Positions 1-13,038 of a stretch of 64,000 nt of DNA are shown here, in pieces (the stretch's first letter is position 1; each line of letters starts with the position of its first letter). This DNA is from Scenedesmus sp. PABB004 (lineage: Eukaryota), in assembly GCA_014905635.1 (NCBI GenBank), contig JABVCE010000022.1, positions 310,001 through 374,000 of the forward strand. The letters run 5' to 3'. A program made the translations under genes and the position numbers. The notes under the pieces are model-generated. The model saw only the letters and a list, made by a program, of their open reading frames with translations. It had not been told where the DNA came from and did no database searches.

Positions 1-11
1 TCTGTCCGCCC

Positions 12-2124
12 ATGGCTATGATGGACGACGAGGCGCTGCTGGAGCGCCTCTCCGGTGAGCAGCGGCGCCGCGGGGGCTCGTGAGTCGGGGGCTTCTCGGG
101 TCCGGGCAGTCTGGCGCGGCATGGGCCGGCGGGTGCTGCGGGCCCGGGGGGATCGGTGGAGCCGCGGCGCTGGCGCTGAGCGCCCGCGGCCGTCCCCGCT
201 CGCAGGCAGCGACAGCGATGGCGCGCCCCTCGAGCCGGACCAGCAGGCCGGCGGGGAGGGCACTGCCGGGTCCAAGAAGCGGGTGGAGTGCCAGGTGCGT
301 CCGAGGGAGCGCGGGCGGGGCCGCTGCCCGGGCGGCGACGGCCGTCACCGGCGCCGCCGGCCGCTGCCCGCGACCGCTGCTCGACGCCCCGTCCGCCGCC
401 GTGCAGGTGGTCGGCTGCACCGTCAACGTCGCTGCCGAGGGCAAGGCGTACTGCCTGAAGAAGCGGCTCTGCCCCGAGCACATGCGGGTGCGGCGATGCG
501 CGCGCGCGCGCAGGCTGCCGGCGGCGGGCGCGCCGCTCGGGCTTTTTGCTGCTTGGGCTGCGTGCCAGCGGCACGCCGCGCGGGCCGGCGCCGCGGCGGC
601 GGCCCAAACAGGCGTGCGCGCTGTTGCTCACGGGCAGCGCCACCCGCCCCGGGCGTGCGCGCGCGCGCGCGCGCAGGCCGAGGCCATCGTGCGCAAGGGC
701 TACGGCGATGAGCAGTGGCGGTTCTGCTTCCAGTGTGGCAAGCTCGAGCCCGTGAGCAGCTTTGACGGCACCAAGCGGTGAGCCGCGCGCGCCGGCGCGG
801 CGTGCCACCTGGCACGCGCCTGCCACGCGCCGCGCCCCGCGTGCGCGGCGCCGCTGAGCGCCCGCCGCCGCCGGCGCGCAGGAGCTGCCGCGTGCGGCTG
901 CAGAAGCGCCGCCAGCCGCCCAAGCGCGCCGCGACGTGGGGCGGCGGCGCGTTTGCCAAGCGCCACTCGGGCGCCGCGGGCGGCTGGGCCGACGAGGCGG
1001 AGCTGGCGGCGATGATGATGGGCGGCTGGGGCCCCGACCACCCCGACGCGCAGCAGCTGCTGGCGCTGCAGGCGATGGAGCAGCAGCTGCTCCTGCAGGA
1101 GTACGCCGCCAGCGCCGGCTGGGCGACGGCCGGGGAGGCGGCGGCGGCGCTGCCGATGCTCGGCGCCGTGCAGCGCCGCGTGCGGGCCGCGCCCGGCCGC
1201 AGCACCACCATGGCCTGCCTCTCCAGCGCCAACGGCCTGGCCGGCGCCGCGCTGCCGCGCTGGCCGGGCGGCGGCGCGGCCGGGCTGCCGCAGGCGCTCG
1301 TGGCGGTGCCCTGCCACAGCGCGCCCATCCCGTCGTTCGGCCCCGCCGGCGGCGCGCACGCGCCGCGCGACGTGTGGATGTCGGCGGGCGGCAGCCCCGC
1401 CCTGAGCGGCGCGCCCAGCGGCGCGAGCCTGGGCGGCGGCGGCGGGTCGGGCGGCGCGCTGTGCGCCCCGCGCGACGACCTGGACGCCGCGCTGGACCAG
1501 CTCCTGGCCGGCCTCGGCACCGGCGACGCCGCCCTGCTGGACCTGCACATCAGCGACGCCGAGATGCAGGCCATCATGGGCGGCGGCCTGCCGGCGGCGC
1601 CGGGCGGCTGCGCCGCCGCGATGCCCGCGTGCGCCCCGCACCCGGCGCTGCAGGCCAAGCTCAGCGCGGGCGCCTCGTCCGCGAGCGGCGCGACGGCGCT
1701 GCCCGACGACGGCCTCGCGCTCGGGGGCTCGCCGGGCGCGCCGCCGCGCCTGGCCGCGCTCACTGAGCACGTGGGCGAGCTGCAGGACCTGCTGGAGCGC
1801 ACGCGCAGCCTGTTTGCCAACATGCACACGTACGAGCCGGAGACGGCGGCGGGGCTGGTGCAGCAGCTCAAGGGCGCAATCCAGGCCAAGCGCGCGGCCG
1901 CGGCGGCGGCGGTGTCAGCGCCCGCGCCGGCGCCCGCGCCGGCGCCCCCGCAGCAGCTGCAGTTCCAGCAGCAGCAGCAGCAGCCGCCGCCGCAGCAGCT
2001 GCTGCTCCAGCGCCGCCAGGCCGCCGCGCTCCTCTTGGAGCAGCGCCTGTCGGCCATGACGCAGCCGGGCGGCATGCTGCAGCCCATGGCCTGCGACATG
2101 GACGAGGCCAGCGTGCACGTGTGA
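12..2124 (+). CDS. SBP (SQUAMOSA promoter-binding) domain transcription factor, 5 exons
   Basis: GT-AG exons 12-54, 206-294, 407-487, 677-777 and 882-2124 join to give CQVVGC...YCLKKRLCPEHMR...WRFCFQCGKLEPVSSFDGTKRSCRVRLQKRRQ, the SBP pattern. A low-complexity A/G/Q tail follows. Confidence 0.9.
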
Positions 2125-3612
2125 GCGCGGCGGCCGCGTCGACGAACAAAGAGAGCATGCTATGTTGTGCGGCCGCACGCACAGCCTGATGGCGCCGTGT
2201 GTGCTGAGCCCGGCTGTGCACTAATGCGCCCCCCTTACGTACGATTTGATCACGAACCTACGCACGCACCACGTATGCACAACTCAAGCACTTGGCACGG
2301 CGCTGGCACAACACGCTGCGCGCGTTGCGCTTCTCACCACCCGGGAGGGGCTCTATTCGTGCGGCGCCCAGCGTCGCAGCACGCTGGCGTCCGCAGAGCG
2401 TCGGGGCTCACAACTGGCCCCCCGTTAACAGGGCCTGGGCTTTGCGTGCCGTGGTTCACTTGCCCCACCTCTGCCGGCTGCATCCGGCGTGCTGGCGGCT
2501 GGGCTCTGTTCCGTTCTGTCTTGGCTGGGCCATAACAACGACACCGGACCAACATGGTGCCGCAAATAACGCCCCGCGCGGCGCGGGGCGGCATAGTCAT
2601 AAGCGTGTGGGTGCATGCGGGCTGGGGTGCATTTCGACTGTCAGCTGTCGACTTTGGCGCGCGCGGTGACTTGGGCGTGCGCAGGCACAGCACCGCCGGC
2701 GCGCCTGCTTCCCGGCATGGCACGGCGCAGCAGCAGGCCCCCGCCGGGCCTGCCCCGCTTTGTGCGCGTGTTCCAACTTGTCGTGTGGGCGACCCGGCGG
2801 GCAGGAGCGGCGTGCGCGGGCGCAGCAGGGGCAGCGACACAACCACGGTGTGGCAGCGCGGCCGCCGGGGCGGGATGCGGGACGTGTTTGGTCGACCCGC
2901 GCAACTCGTTGGCAAGGGGCGGGATGCCGAGCACGCGGGCCTGAGACCTGCGCACTCTCTCACCACACAGAGTCTGAATGAGCGACCCGGCTGTGCGGGC
3001 GGGGCAAGAGCGGCGGCGGCCGAGGGTGGGACGGGGCAGGGCGGGCTCTCTCTCTCGTGCAGCGCACCTTTAGGGGCGGCTGGCGGTGTGCGTGCGGCTG
3101 GTGTGGTGTGGTGTGTGCGTCAACCCGCTCGCGCGAGGCGAATTCCACCGTGCAATGCCGCTGCGCAGCAGGCCGGACGTCCGCCGGTGCCACGCCTCCG
3201 CGCGCCCTGCGCCAACGTCAGACGTTCCACACACCGTGGCCGCGCCCGTTCGGACCCTCGGCGCACGCACGCACGCAGCCAGAGCTGGGAGCCTGCTGTA
3301 ACACAGTTCGCCCCCGCTCGTACGGTTAGCTTAAGCCGCGCCTGCGACGCCCCCGCCCCGACGCGCCCGCCAGAAGCACGGGGAATCTCTCTCAGACGTT
3401 AATAATCGCTTCTGCTGGTCGTGCAGCCTCTCGCCCAGGCCGCAGCGCCCCGGCGGCCCGCAGCGCGCCCGCCGCGTGCGACCCGGGGTGCCTGCGTGCA
3501 GAAGCCGGCTCGTGCCGCAGGCGCGGCGCGCCCTGCGGGCGGAGCTCGCGCGGCATCCTCTGGCGCGGCCCTGCGCCACCGCGGCCCGCGCGAGCCGCGC
3601 GGCGGGGTCGTG

Positions 3613-5474
3613 ATGCCCAGCATGGATTGCTGCAGCGCTGACATGGAGTCCGGTCGGGGTGAGTCGCGCTGATCCGGAGCAGCAGCGCGCGGGGGTGACG
3701 CCCGTCGCCCGGCGTCGCCGAGGGCGCGGGAGGCTGGGGCGCCCTGGGCCTCTCGCCCACAGGCCGCCGACGCCGCACGCCGCAGGCGCCGCGCCGGCGC
3801 GGTCCGAGTCGGCGGCCGCCGCCGCGGGCTGCCCGCCGGGCAGCAGCAGCCAGGGCGGCGACAGCCGGGGCAGCAACGACGCCGACGCCGCCGCCGGCGA
3901 CGCGGCGCGCCGCGGGAAGGCGCCGCCGATGCAGTGCCAGGTCGAGGGCTGCGCCAGCGACCTCACCGCGGAGGGCAAGGCGTACTGCATGAAGCGCCGC
4001 CTCTGCAACGAGCACATGCGCGCCGACGCCGTCGCCGTGCGCGACCGCCAGGGGCAGTGGCGCTTCTGCTTCCAGGTGCGGAGGGGGGCGGGGCGCTCGG
4101 GGGGCGCCGCAGCGCGGCCAAGCGGCGAGCCCGCGCGCCCGGTCGGTCGGTGCCGCCGCGCCAACGCGCGCCCGCCGCGTGCCCGCCCGCCGCCCGCAGT
4201 GCGGCAAGCTCGAGCCGCTGGCGCGCTTCGAGGGGCTCAAGCGCTCCTGCCGCGTGCGCCTCGCGCAGCGCAAGCAGCGCGAGACGCGGCGCTGCGCGTC
4301 GGACGTGGGCAACGCGTACGGCCGCGGCAAGGCCGCCAGCAGGGCCGGCAGGGCCGGCCGCGGCGCCGACGCGGGCGGCGGCGGCGGCGGGCTGCTGGCG
4401 GACCTGCAGCCCGAGCTGCTGCCGCGTGTGCTCGGGGGCGTCCTCGAGGAGGGCGAGGAGGAGGAGGACGATGAGGCGGAGCGCTACGACCTGCCCACGG
4501 GCGCCGGCAGGATGCTGCTGGCGCAGGCGACCAGCTTTGGCGCGCTGCGCCCGCCCGTGTTCCGCGGCGCCTCCACCGGCCACCAAGACATGCTCAGCCT
4601 GCTGCGCCAGGCGCAGCAGGCGCCCCACGCGCTCGACGGCCACGGCCACCACCACAGCACGCCGCTGCCCACGCTCGCGCTGGGCGGCGCGCGCGGCGCA
4701 CTGGCGCACCGGCTCAGCCTCGGGCCCGCCGCCGCCTGGTCGGACGCGTGCGTGTCGGCGCCGCTGCCGGCCGTGGCGGTGCCGTGCGGCGCGGGCCCCG
4801 AGGCGGCGGCGCTCGCCGAGCACCTGCAGCGCAGCGGCAGCCTGGCGGCCCTGGCTGCCCCGTCGCCGTGCAGCGGGGGCGCGTCGGCGCCGCTGCCGGC
4901 GCTCAGCGCCGCCGCACAGCACGCGTACGGCGGGCTGTCGGGCCCGCTGCCGTCCGGCGTCGCCGCCGCCACGCGCGTGGCGGCGGGCCTAGGCGGCATG
5001 TCGGCGCCGCTGCCCCTGGCGGGCGCGGCGAGCGGCGGGCCCCACGCAGTGGGGTGCGGGCTTGAGGCGAGCGCCGACCTGTGCATGCTGCTGCTGGACG
5101 AGCTGCTGGCGGAGTGCGGCGCCGGCGGCGGCGCGCCCCCGCTGCTGCTCGGCGACGACGGGCCGCCCGCCGACGAGGCGCTGCCGTACGAGGACGCCGA
5201 GCTGCGCGGCATCCTGGAGAGCGCTCTCGAGAGCGCGACTGGCGACGCGGCGCCGCGCGCGCTCCGCGCCGGCGACGCCTGGCCGGCCAGCAGCAGCAGC
5301 AGCCAGGCCGGCGGCGGGCCGTGGCCGGCGGCCGGGGCCTGGGGCGGCGCGCTGGCTGCGAAGCGCGAGCCTGGCCTGGACCTGCAGCAGCGGGTCGGGC
5401 ACGCGCAGGCGCGGCTGGAGCAGGTCCGGCTGGCGCTCCGCGTGGCCGACCCAGCCGCCTCGGCCTGCTCCTGA
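3613..5474 (+). CDS. Second SBP-domain transcription factor (tandem paralog)
   Basis: CQVEGCASDLTAEGKAYCMKRRLCNEHMRADAV...WRFCFQ|CGKLEPLARFEGLKRSCRVRLAQRKQR, with an intron at ~4076-4199. Start at 3613 (MPSMDCC, donor ~3659) is inferred. Confidence 0.88.
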
Positions 5475-6996
5475 GCACACCCGCGCGCGCGACGCAGCAG
5501 CCCCCTGAGCGGCATCTGCGCGCGAGGCCGCGCGCGTCTCTCTCAGTCGACTGCGAGTGTTTGGTGCGCGCGCCTTGCATCTCTTGTGCTGCGTCCCCCT
5601 ACTAACACACCCGCGGGCAGCAGTCTGCCTGTTGTGTGCCATCGCTGATGGTGTGCCGGAAAGCCCGGCACTGAGTTTGAGCGCACTGAGTTTGGCTGAG
5701 CGCGCGTCCGAGTGGTGCGTGCGCCACCTGGCGCGTGACCTGGCGTGCTGCGCGCGCGCCGGCGGCCCGGCGCCCGCACACGCGCTCCCCCACCACCAAT
5801 CAAACACCAGCACCTGCTCCTCGAGCAGCAGATTGGCCGCACAGGGCGTGCGCCGCTGCTGCTGCTATGAGCAGGGATTGCGCACCCCGCGGACTTGCAG
5901 CCGCTCAGGCTGCGCAGCCTCTCGACTGCTGCCAGTGCTCTGAACAGCATGATGCTCGCTCGCTAGTGAGCTGAGCCTAGCCTGGGAACAACTGCAGTCT
6001 ATGCGCGCGCGGCAGAGCCGCCGGCGCCTTGCTCTGCACCTTGAACGCGGCACAGCCGCCTAGCGGCCCACGCATGCACCTGCACAGGCAAGAAGGCGCT
6101 GCCGCGCTGTGGCCTTGGTTTGTAGTTGCCGGGCTGTGAAATCAATCAAAGATAACCTCGTGACGAGGAGCACCCTGCTTGTTCGTTTGCACACGTCCCT
6201 CACCTCGGGCTGGCGACCTGGCGCAGCGGCACCGCGCGTGACCTGGCGCGCGCCAACCAAGGCTTGGCCGCTCCTGGTTTTTTTTTCACATCTGGCCTCA
6301 ACACACACGGATGCCATGCGCCGCACACCAGCAGGCGAGCGCGCGGGGGGGGGGGCAACGGCGTGGTTTCTGTCTGCGGGGCGGGGCGGGGCGCGGTGAA
6401 GGGCGCTATGCGCTATTGAGCACGCGAGGGGCGGACGCCCTGCCGTGCTGCTGCTGAGCCTCCCAAACAACATGGCTGGTACACCAGGCCGGCCAATAAA
6501 GAAAAACAAAGAACAAACGCTGTGCACTCAAAACGACTAGAGCTGCTGTTCAACAGCTGCCTCGGGCGTGGGCGGCGCTGGCGCTGGCTGGCAGCGCCAG
6601 CGCCGGGCGCGCGACGACGGCGGCGTAGGCCGCTGGCTGGCCGCTGGCTGGCAGCGCAACTTGGCCGTGAGCTACGGGCACCACTGCGGCGGCTGGACGT
6701 GATCGGGGCGGGCCAGATCGGGGCTGCCGGCGCCTGCGTGCAGCAGGCTGCACAACTGGTTCGGGCGCGTCGTATCCCTCTCATCCCTCTCTGGCTGGCG
6801 GTGAGGAAGCTGTTTCCTCTCGTGGCCGGGCTGTCTCTCTTGGCGCGACCACCGTTATATGCTCCGTCATCGGCACACAAACAAGCAGATCTGTTCGAAC
6901 CATCCCTTCGCGACCTTGATGCCACGGGCCTGGAGGCAATGCGCGCATCAGTGATGTTGTTGCTGGCCTGTAACGATACGATAACGACGACGCGAC

Positions 6997-8335
6997 TCAC
7001 TCCGCAAACAGCGGGTTCCGCTCAACCAGCACCGGCGGCGGGCCGCTGGCGCCGGGCCTGCCACGCAGCTCGCCGCGCTCCGCGGCGTACGCGCGCCCCG
7101 GCGCGCAGCCGTCGCCGTCGTCGTCCGAGAGGTCGCTGCCGCAGCTGCAGCCACCCAGGAGGGTGCACACGCACGCAGCGCAGGCGGCGCGCGCGGACGC
7201 CTGGCCTGCGGCGGCGGGCGCGTGGCAGGCGCTGCTGTCGCCGTCGTTGCTGGCCGCTGCGGGCGGCGCCTGCGGGCTGGGCGGCGGCGCCTGGGCAGGC
7301 GTGCACGCTCCCTCGACGCTGTCGCCGTCGTCCGCGCGCGACAGCTGCGGCAGCAGGCAGCGCGGCTGCACGCGCTGGCCCAGGCCGAGGCCGCCGCGCG
7401 TGGCGCAGCTGCGGGAGCTGCCTGCACTGCCGCCCGTGCTGCCGGCGCTGCCCCGGGCGCCGGCGCCGGCCGCCGGCGTGGCCGAGTGCGCGCACGTGGC
7501 CGCCTGGTCCGCCCGCAGGCCGCCGGCGTCGTCGCTGCCCGAGGCGCCGCCGACCTGCCGCGACGGGGGAGAGCGGGGCCGCGGCGGGCAGGGCGCGATC
7601 GGCCGAGGCGCGCACGCCGCCGCGCCCGCGCGCCGGGGCCTGCACGCCGCGCGGCGCGCCCGGCGCAAGCATATGCCCGCACCTGCGCCGCCGCCACGGG
7701 CGCCATGCCAGCGGACGTGAGCCGGCGGTTTGCCTCATGCAGCTGCTGCTGCAGCTGCAGGTAGCGCCCCTGCCAGGGGCAATGCCCCTGCGCGGCAAGC
7801 GGCAGGCCGGTCGGCGCGGCGTCCGCCGTCGCCGAGCGGCTCGCGGCGCCCGCCGCGGCGCACCTCTGCGAGGCGCTGCCCCAGCAGCGCGGCGCCTGCA
7901 GTCTGCTCTGAGCCGATCCACCTCTTGAGCATCGCGAGCTGCTCGTCGCGCTCCGCCAGCGTGGCTTCGAGCGAGGCCAGCGCGGCGGCAAACCCGCTGA
8001 GTTTGCAGGCCAGCCCGTCGATCTCCGCCTGCGCCAGGGCGAGCGCCGGCGGGCGCGGGCGGTGTGGGCGTGTGCAGCCGGGTCCTGGCAGCAGGTCCCA
8101 TTGGCGGGGGGCATGCGCGGGCGCGGGCGCGGGCGCGGGCGGGGCGGCGTGCCGCGCGGCGCGCGGCGGCCAGGCGCCTGGCGGAGAGAGAGACTGCCTG
8201 CCCTGGCCCCTCGTGGCCCACCTGCGCCAGGGCGAGCCGCCGCCGCGCCTGCGCGGCCTCCGGCCCGCCGCCGCCGCCGCCGCTGTTCCCGCTGCCCAGT
8301 CCGCCGCCCAGTCCGCGCGAGAGCGACGCGAGCAT
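6997..8335 (-). CDS. Hypothetical coiled-coil protein, 4 exons
   Basis: Phase-consistent GT-AG exons: MLASLSRG...LALAQ|AEIDGLACKLSGFAAALASLEATLAERDEQLAMLK...RLAE|GRYLQLQQQLHEANRRL...|VGGASG...ERNPLFAE*. Heptad-like middle; no family recognised. Confidence 0.6.
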
Positions 8336-8875
8336 GGCAACGGACGCGCTCTGGCGGCCTGGTGAGCGATCTGGCGAGCACGCGCCGCCTCTGCGAGCCG
8401 CGCGCCGTCCGCGCGCCGACGCCGATACACGCGCTTGCCGGGGGCTGGGTGGGGGTCGCACAGCACGGGGGACCGGCCTGGCGCAGCGGGGGGTCATGCG
8501 CACGGCTCGCGCAGAACCGCGGCGGTTTGAACAAGCTCGAAGCCCGCGGCCCGCGGCTGGCGCGTGCGCGCCGGCAGAGAAGGCGCGCCTTCGTCGTCCC
8601 CCTCGCCGCGAGCCAGCCGCGCGCGCTCGCTCCCAAAACGATGCCCGCCGCGCGCGCCGCCCGACACCGCCGCGAGCGGCGCGGGTCCGCGCAGCATGGG
8701 CGGCCGCGCCAACGCAGCATGGGCTGACGCTGCCGCCACGGCCTCGGGTGCGGTGGCGGGCACGCCGCCGGGGCCACAGCACGGCAGCACGGCAGCACCG
8801 TGTGCAGACGCTGGCGCGGGCGCGGCCGCCGCCCGCGGCGCGCCTGCCGCCGGCGCCGCGCGCCGCCGCGGGCGT

Positions 8876-9415
8876 TCAGCCCTGCTCGGCCGCGAGCGCG
8901 AGCTGCTTGTCTGTCGCGCCGAGCACCGTCAGCAGGGGCCGCGCGTTGGCCGCGGGCGGGGGGTCCTCGCGCAGGAGCAGCACGCTGCCGAGCGTGTCAA
9001 CGTAGCGCCCCGACAGCGCGGCGCCGCCGCGCGCGGGGCGCAGCCGCGGCTGCTCGCTGCCCAAGCCCTGCGGCGGCGGCGGCGGCGGCGGCGGGGGCAG
9101 CACGGCGGCGGCGCGCCGTCCCGGCGGCGGTCGGCGGCGGGCGGGCCGCGCGGCGGGGCACGGGCCGCGGCGGCGCGCGGCGCTCGCCGCACCTCAAACC
9201 GGACCTCCGCGCCCGGGCCGAACGCCGCCGCGTCCAGGCCCCTGGGGAGCGTCACGTACACGTACTGCACCTCCTCGTCGCCTGGAGGTGATAGGCAGCG
9301 ATGGGCAGGCGAGCGGCGGCAGCGAGCGCTGCTGCTGCTGCCGCAGCGCGGTGCCCGCCCAGCAGCACCGCTGCCGTCGCCCCGCACCTTCGACGCTGAC
9401 GGGTGCGTCGCTCAT
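8876..9415 (-). CDS. TFIIIC subunit 6 (tau55/GTF3C6-like, triple-barrel domain) protein, 3 exons
   Basis: MSDAPVSVE|GDEEVQYVYVTLP...VRFE|GLGSEQPRL...LSGRYVDTLGSVLLL...TDKQL resembles the family pattern acidic-YVxxxL...GLDTxxPxL...GxYxDTLGT. Confidence 0.7.
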
Positions 9416-9896
9416 GCTCAGACGCGCGCCTCAGCGGCCCGCGACCCGCCGCGGCGCAGCCAGAGGCGAGGCGCTAGCGGCGGGCGGGCGGCGGCAGCGG
9501 CGTGGAGGGCACGCTGTCGCGGCGGGTGGCGACGGGGCGGGGTGGGCGACGGCGCTTCCGGCGGGCGCGCTGGCGCCGGGGCTTCAGCGCGGCTGCACCG
9601 CCGCGGCGCGCGTCGGCGAACGTGCATGGCGTTCGGCCTGTGGTCATCGGTTGCGTTGTGTTGCTTCCACACACACGTCAGTTCAGTGCACATGACGACA
9701 TGGTTGTGATCCGTCGACCGAGGCGGCAGTTATGTGCGACGCCGTGGTGGTACAAGTGCGCCGCCCCGTGCGCAGCCCCCGCCGCGCTCTCCCTCGGCCC
9801 TCGACAGTGCGGCCGCAGCAGTCAACACAACAGGAGCGCACACCACGCAGCTCTCACGCACCCGCACGCCGCCGGCGGCCGCGCCGCCGGCGCGGC

Positions 9897-12086
9897 TCAC
9901 CCAAACATGCGCAGCGCGGCGAGCGCGGTGAGGGCCGCGGTGAGGCAGCCCGCGGTCACGTCGACCGTGCGGTCGTTCAGCCACGCGCCGGCGTGCGCGA
10001 GCCCGCTGATGCGCGACACGCCGGGCCCGGGTCTGCTGCTCAGCGCGCCGCGCGCGCTGTCGTAGCCAGTGAACTGCAGCGCCGCGCCCAGCAGCGAGTC
10101 CAGCAGCGACCCGATCACGCCCGCGACCAGCCCGAGCGGCAGCAGCCGCCACTGCTCCATCGCGGCCTGGCGCTGCGCGGCCGGCGGCGGCGGTGCGTGT
10201 GGGCGCCGCGGCGGGCGGCCACGCGCGCCCGGCCGCGCCCCCCCCCCCCCAGCCCGCGCTGCCCGCGGCGCACCTGCACGCCAAACACCCACAGCGTCGG
10301 CGACGCGAGCGCGGCGCCATAGAAGAGCGCGCCGATCAGCAGCCCGCCCGCCGCGGCGGCGCAGAGGCCCTGCAGCGTCACGCCGCCGTGCGTGCCGCGC
10401 CGCACGGGCTGCAGCGTCGTCGCGAGGCGCGGCTGGTCGGGCGAGAGCTGCCCCAGCTCGCGCGACCACGCGTCGCCGGCGGCGCAGGCGTACCAGCCGA
10501 GCACGGCGCCCTGCAGCAGCGTGAGGAGGTCGGCGCGCCACCCCTCCACGCTCGGCAGCGGGCCGAGGGGCAGGTCGAGGCAGCCGGCCATCGCCCCGTA
10601 AGCGACCGCCAGCACGGCCGGCACCGCGGTGGCGGCCAGCACCTGCGGACGCGCGCGTGCGCGCGCGCGCCGCGTCGGGCCAGCCGGCCCGGCTGCCTGC
10701 TGCGGCGCGCCAGCGCGCCGGCTGGCCGAGCGGCGGCCGCAGCCCCCCCCCCCTCCCCCCGCGCCCGCGCGCTGCCGCCCTGCGCGCCGGGCGCACACCT
10801 CAGGCCAGTCGCGCGGCGGCGCCGGCGCCGGCGGCGAGAGCTGCTGGTAGTCGGGGGCCTGCCGCGCCTCGCGCAGCACGCGCAGCGCGTGCGCGCTGAC
10901 CGCGTGCGCCAGCATGACAGCGCCAAAGCGCAGGCTGCAGCCGAGCGTGGCCACGCACGCGGCCGCCACGAGCACCGCGCCGGGCGGCGTCACCGCGTCG
11001 CGCTGGTACGCGCGCGCTGGCGGGGCGGGGCGGCGAGCGGCGGCGGCGAGCGGCGGCGGCGAGCGGCGGCGGCGAGCGGCGGCGGCGAGCGGCGGCGGCG
11101 AGCGGCGGCGGCGATCGGCGGCGTGAGCGGGCCGCGCTGGCACCGGCGCCGGCGCCGCGCTGCGCCGCGCCCGCAGCTGCCCCCCTCCTCGCCCCCTCAC
11201 CTGCCAGCGCCAGCGCGCCCAGCGTCGCGCCGGCCCACTGCCAGCCCAGGCCAAACGCGTGCGACGCGACCAGCGCAGCCGCGGCCGCCGCCGCGAGCGC
11301 CACGTTGCGCGCTGCGCCCAGCGCGCCTGCCCACCGGCCCGGCGGCCGCGCGCTGCGCAGCTTGTGTATCGACCCCAGCCCGCCCTCCGCCGCCGCAAGC
11401 GCCTGCTGCGCCTTGCGAATGGCGTCCTCAACGCCCGGCGCCTGCGCCGCCGGCGCCGCCGGCGGCGGATGGTGGTGCCCGCTGCCGCTGCCCGGCGCCG
11501 CCGCGCCGCTGGCGCCGGCGCCGGCCGCCGCGTGCTCCTCCCTCTGCTGCGGCTGGGACTGCGGCTGCTGCTGCTCCTGCTGCTGCTGCGGCTGCTGCTG
11601 CTGCTGCTGCGGCTGCTGCTGCTGCGGCTGCGGCTGCTGCTGCGGCTGCGGCGCTGCCGCCGCCGGGACGCCCGCTGCGCCGCCGCTGTGCGGCGCGGCG
11701 TCGCTCAGCGGCTGCAGCCCGTTGGTGCTGCCGCTGCTGCTGCCGTTGAGCGCGCGATACATCTCAGAGTAAGACTGAAACGGTGCGCTGCTCGCCGTGG
11801 TGCTCACGCCGTCCGCAGGCGCCGCGGCGGCGGGCGGCGCCGCCTGCGCGCTCGGGCGCACCGCGTCGCCGCCGCCCTTGTCGGCCGCTGCGGCCGCGGC
11901 CGCGCCGCCGCGCGGGCGGCGCAGCCTCGGCGCCGCGGCTGCCCCCGGCAGCACCGGCCGGCGCGCCCGCGCCAGGCCGCCGCCGTCCGCGCCGCCGCGC
12001 CGCGGCGCCGAGGGTGCGGCGCTGCCGCTGCGCACGGGGCGCGCCCGCCATGCCTGCTGCAGCCGCTGCGCCTGCAGCGCCTGCAT
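9897..12086 (-). CDS. DUF92/TMEM19-family (PGR/VTE6-related) membrane protein with a transit-peptide-like N-terminus
   Basis: YACAAGDAWSRELGQLSPDQPRLATTLQPVRRGTHGGVTLQG...GVIGSLLDSLLGAALQFTG matches DUF92 motifs. Several TM helices; Arg/Ala/Ser-rich N-terminus from MQALQAQR. Confidence 0.8.
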
Positions 12087-12501
12087 GCAAGGCCTGCCCA
12101 CCGCTGGGGAGCGCTGCGGGAGAGAGGCGCCTGCTGCCGCGTGGGTCGTGCGAGCCCTGCGACGCGCGCCCGCCGCGTGGGCTGCCGGCAGCGCGCGCGG
12201 CGAGCCCACGCACGGGCGCACGCATGCGCCCGGGCGGCCGCGGGGGCCGGCGGGCGCTGGCGCAGGAGGTCGCGCCCGCTGCTGCGTCGCACCTGCGCCG
12301 CGGCCGGCTTCGCCGGGCTCCCCGATGCTCTAGGGGAGCGGCGTTCACTCCCCTGTTGTGCCCGATCGGGTCCTCGACGCGCCCGATCGCGGCGATGTTG
12401 CCCCGCCGGTCGCGCCGGCAAACGCGCAAGATGAAGCGCTGGATTGGGGCGGTTCGGTCCAGACGTGACTGCCCGCGGCGGCGCCGGCGGGCGCAGGGCG
12501 C

Positions 12502-12534
<33 letters not shown>

Positions 12535-13038
12535 GGCGCTGCGGCGCCAGGCCCTGGCCCCGCGCGCCCTGCGCCTGCCCGGCGCCGCGCCCGCCGGCGT
12601 TTGGCCTGGCCCGGGCTGCTGCGCCGTGCATCAACAGCTGAGCAGGGCGCTGGGCTTGTCGCGCCGCGGGACGGCCTGGCCAGCGCGGTTGTCGGAGCAG
12701 CCAGGCTGGCCGGCAGCCAGGCTGGTCGGCCAGCCCGGCGCCGCGGCAGCGGCGGCGGGGGGTGAGGAAGCAGCGGCAAACGCTCTGCCTGGGAGAGGGG
12801 GACACGGCTCCGCTCTGTTTACAGTGCATCGGCGACGGCGGCGACGACGACCAGCCTGACCGCGCCCTGCTCAAGTTGTCGTGCCTGCCCACCCCCTATC
12901 CTCTCTCGCGCACCTACCCGCCCGGCCCGCGCCGCACCGCGCCCCGCCGACCGCCGACCGCCTGGCGCCTTGGAGCGTGGGCGGCGCGCAGGCCGCGTGG
13001 CCGCCGCGCGCGCTCGCGCGCTCGCACGCCGCGCCGCG

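Noticed and set aside
2236..3325. GTAC cores between the SBP genes as autoregulatory or copper-response elements
   Set aside because: Only isolated 4-mers, which are expected by chance; no cluster.
11305..11772. Cys-rich metallothionein-like ORFs (also 49078-50538 and 51145-51639)
   Set aside because: Poly-Cys arises from the antisense of CAG (poly-Gln) tracts in real minus-strand genes.
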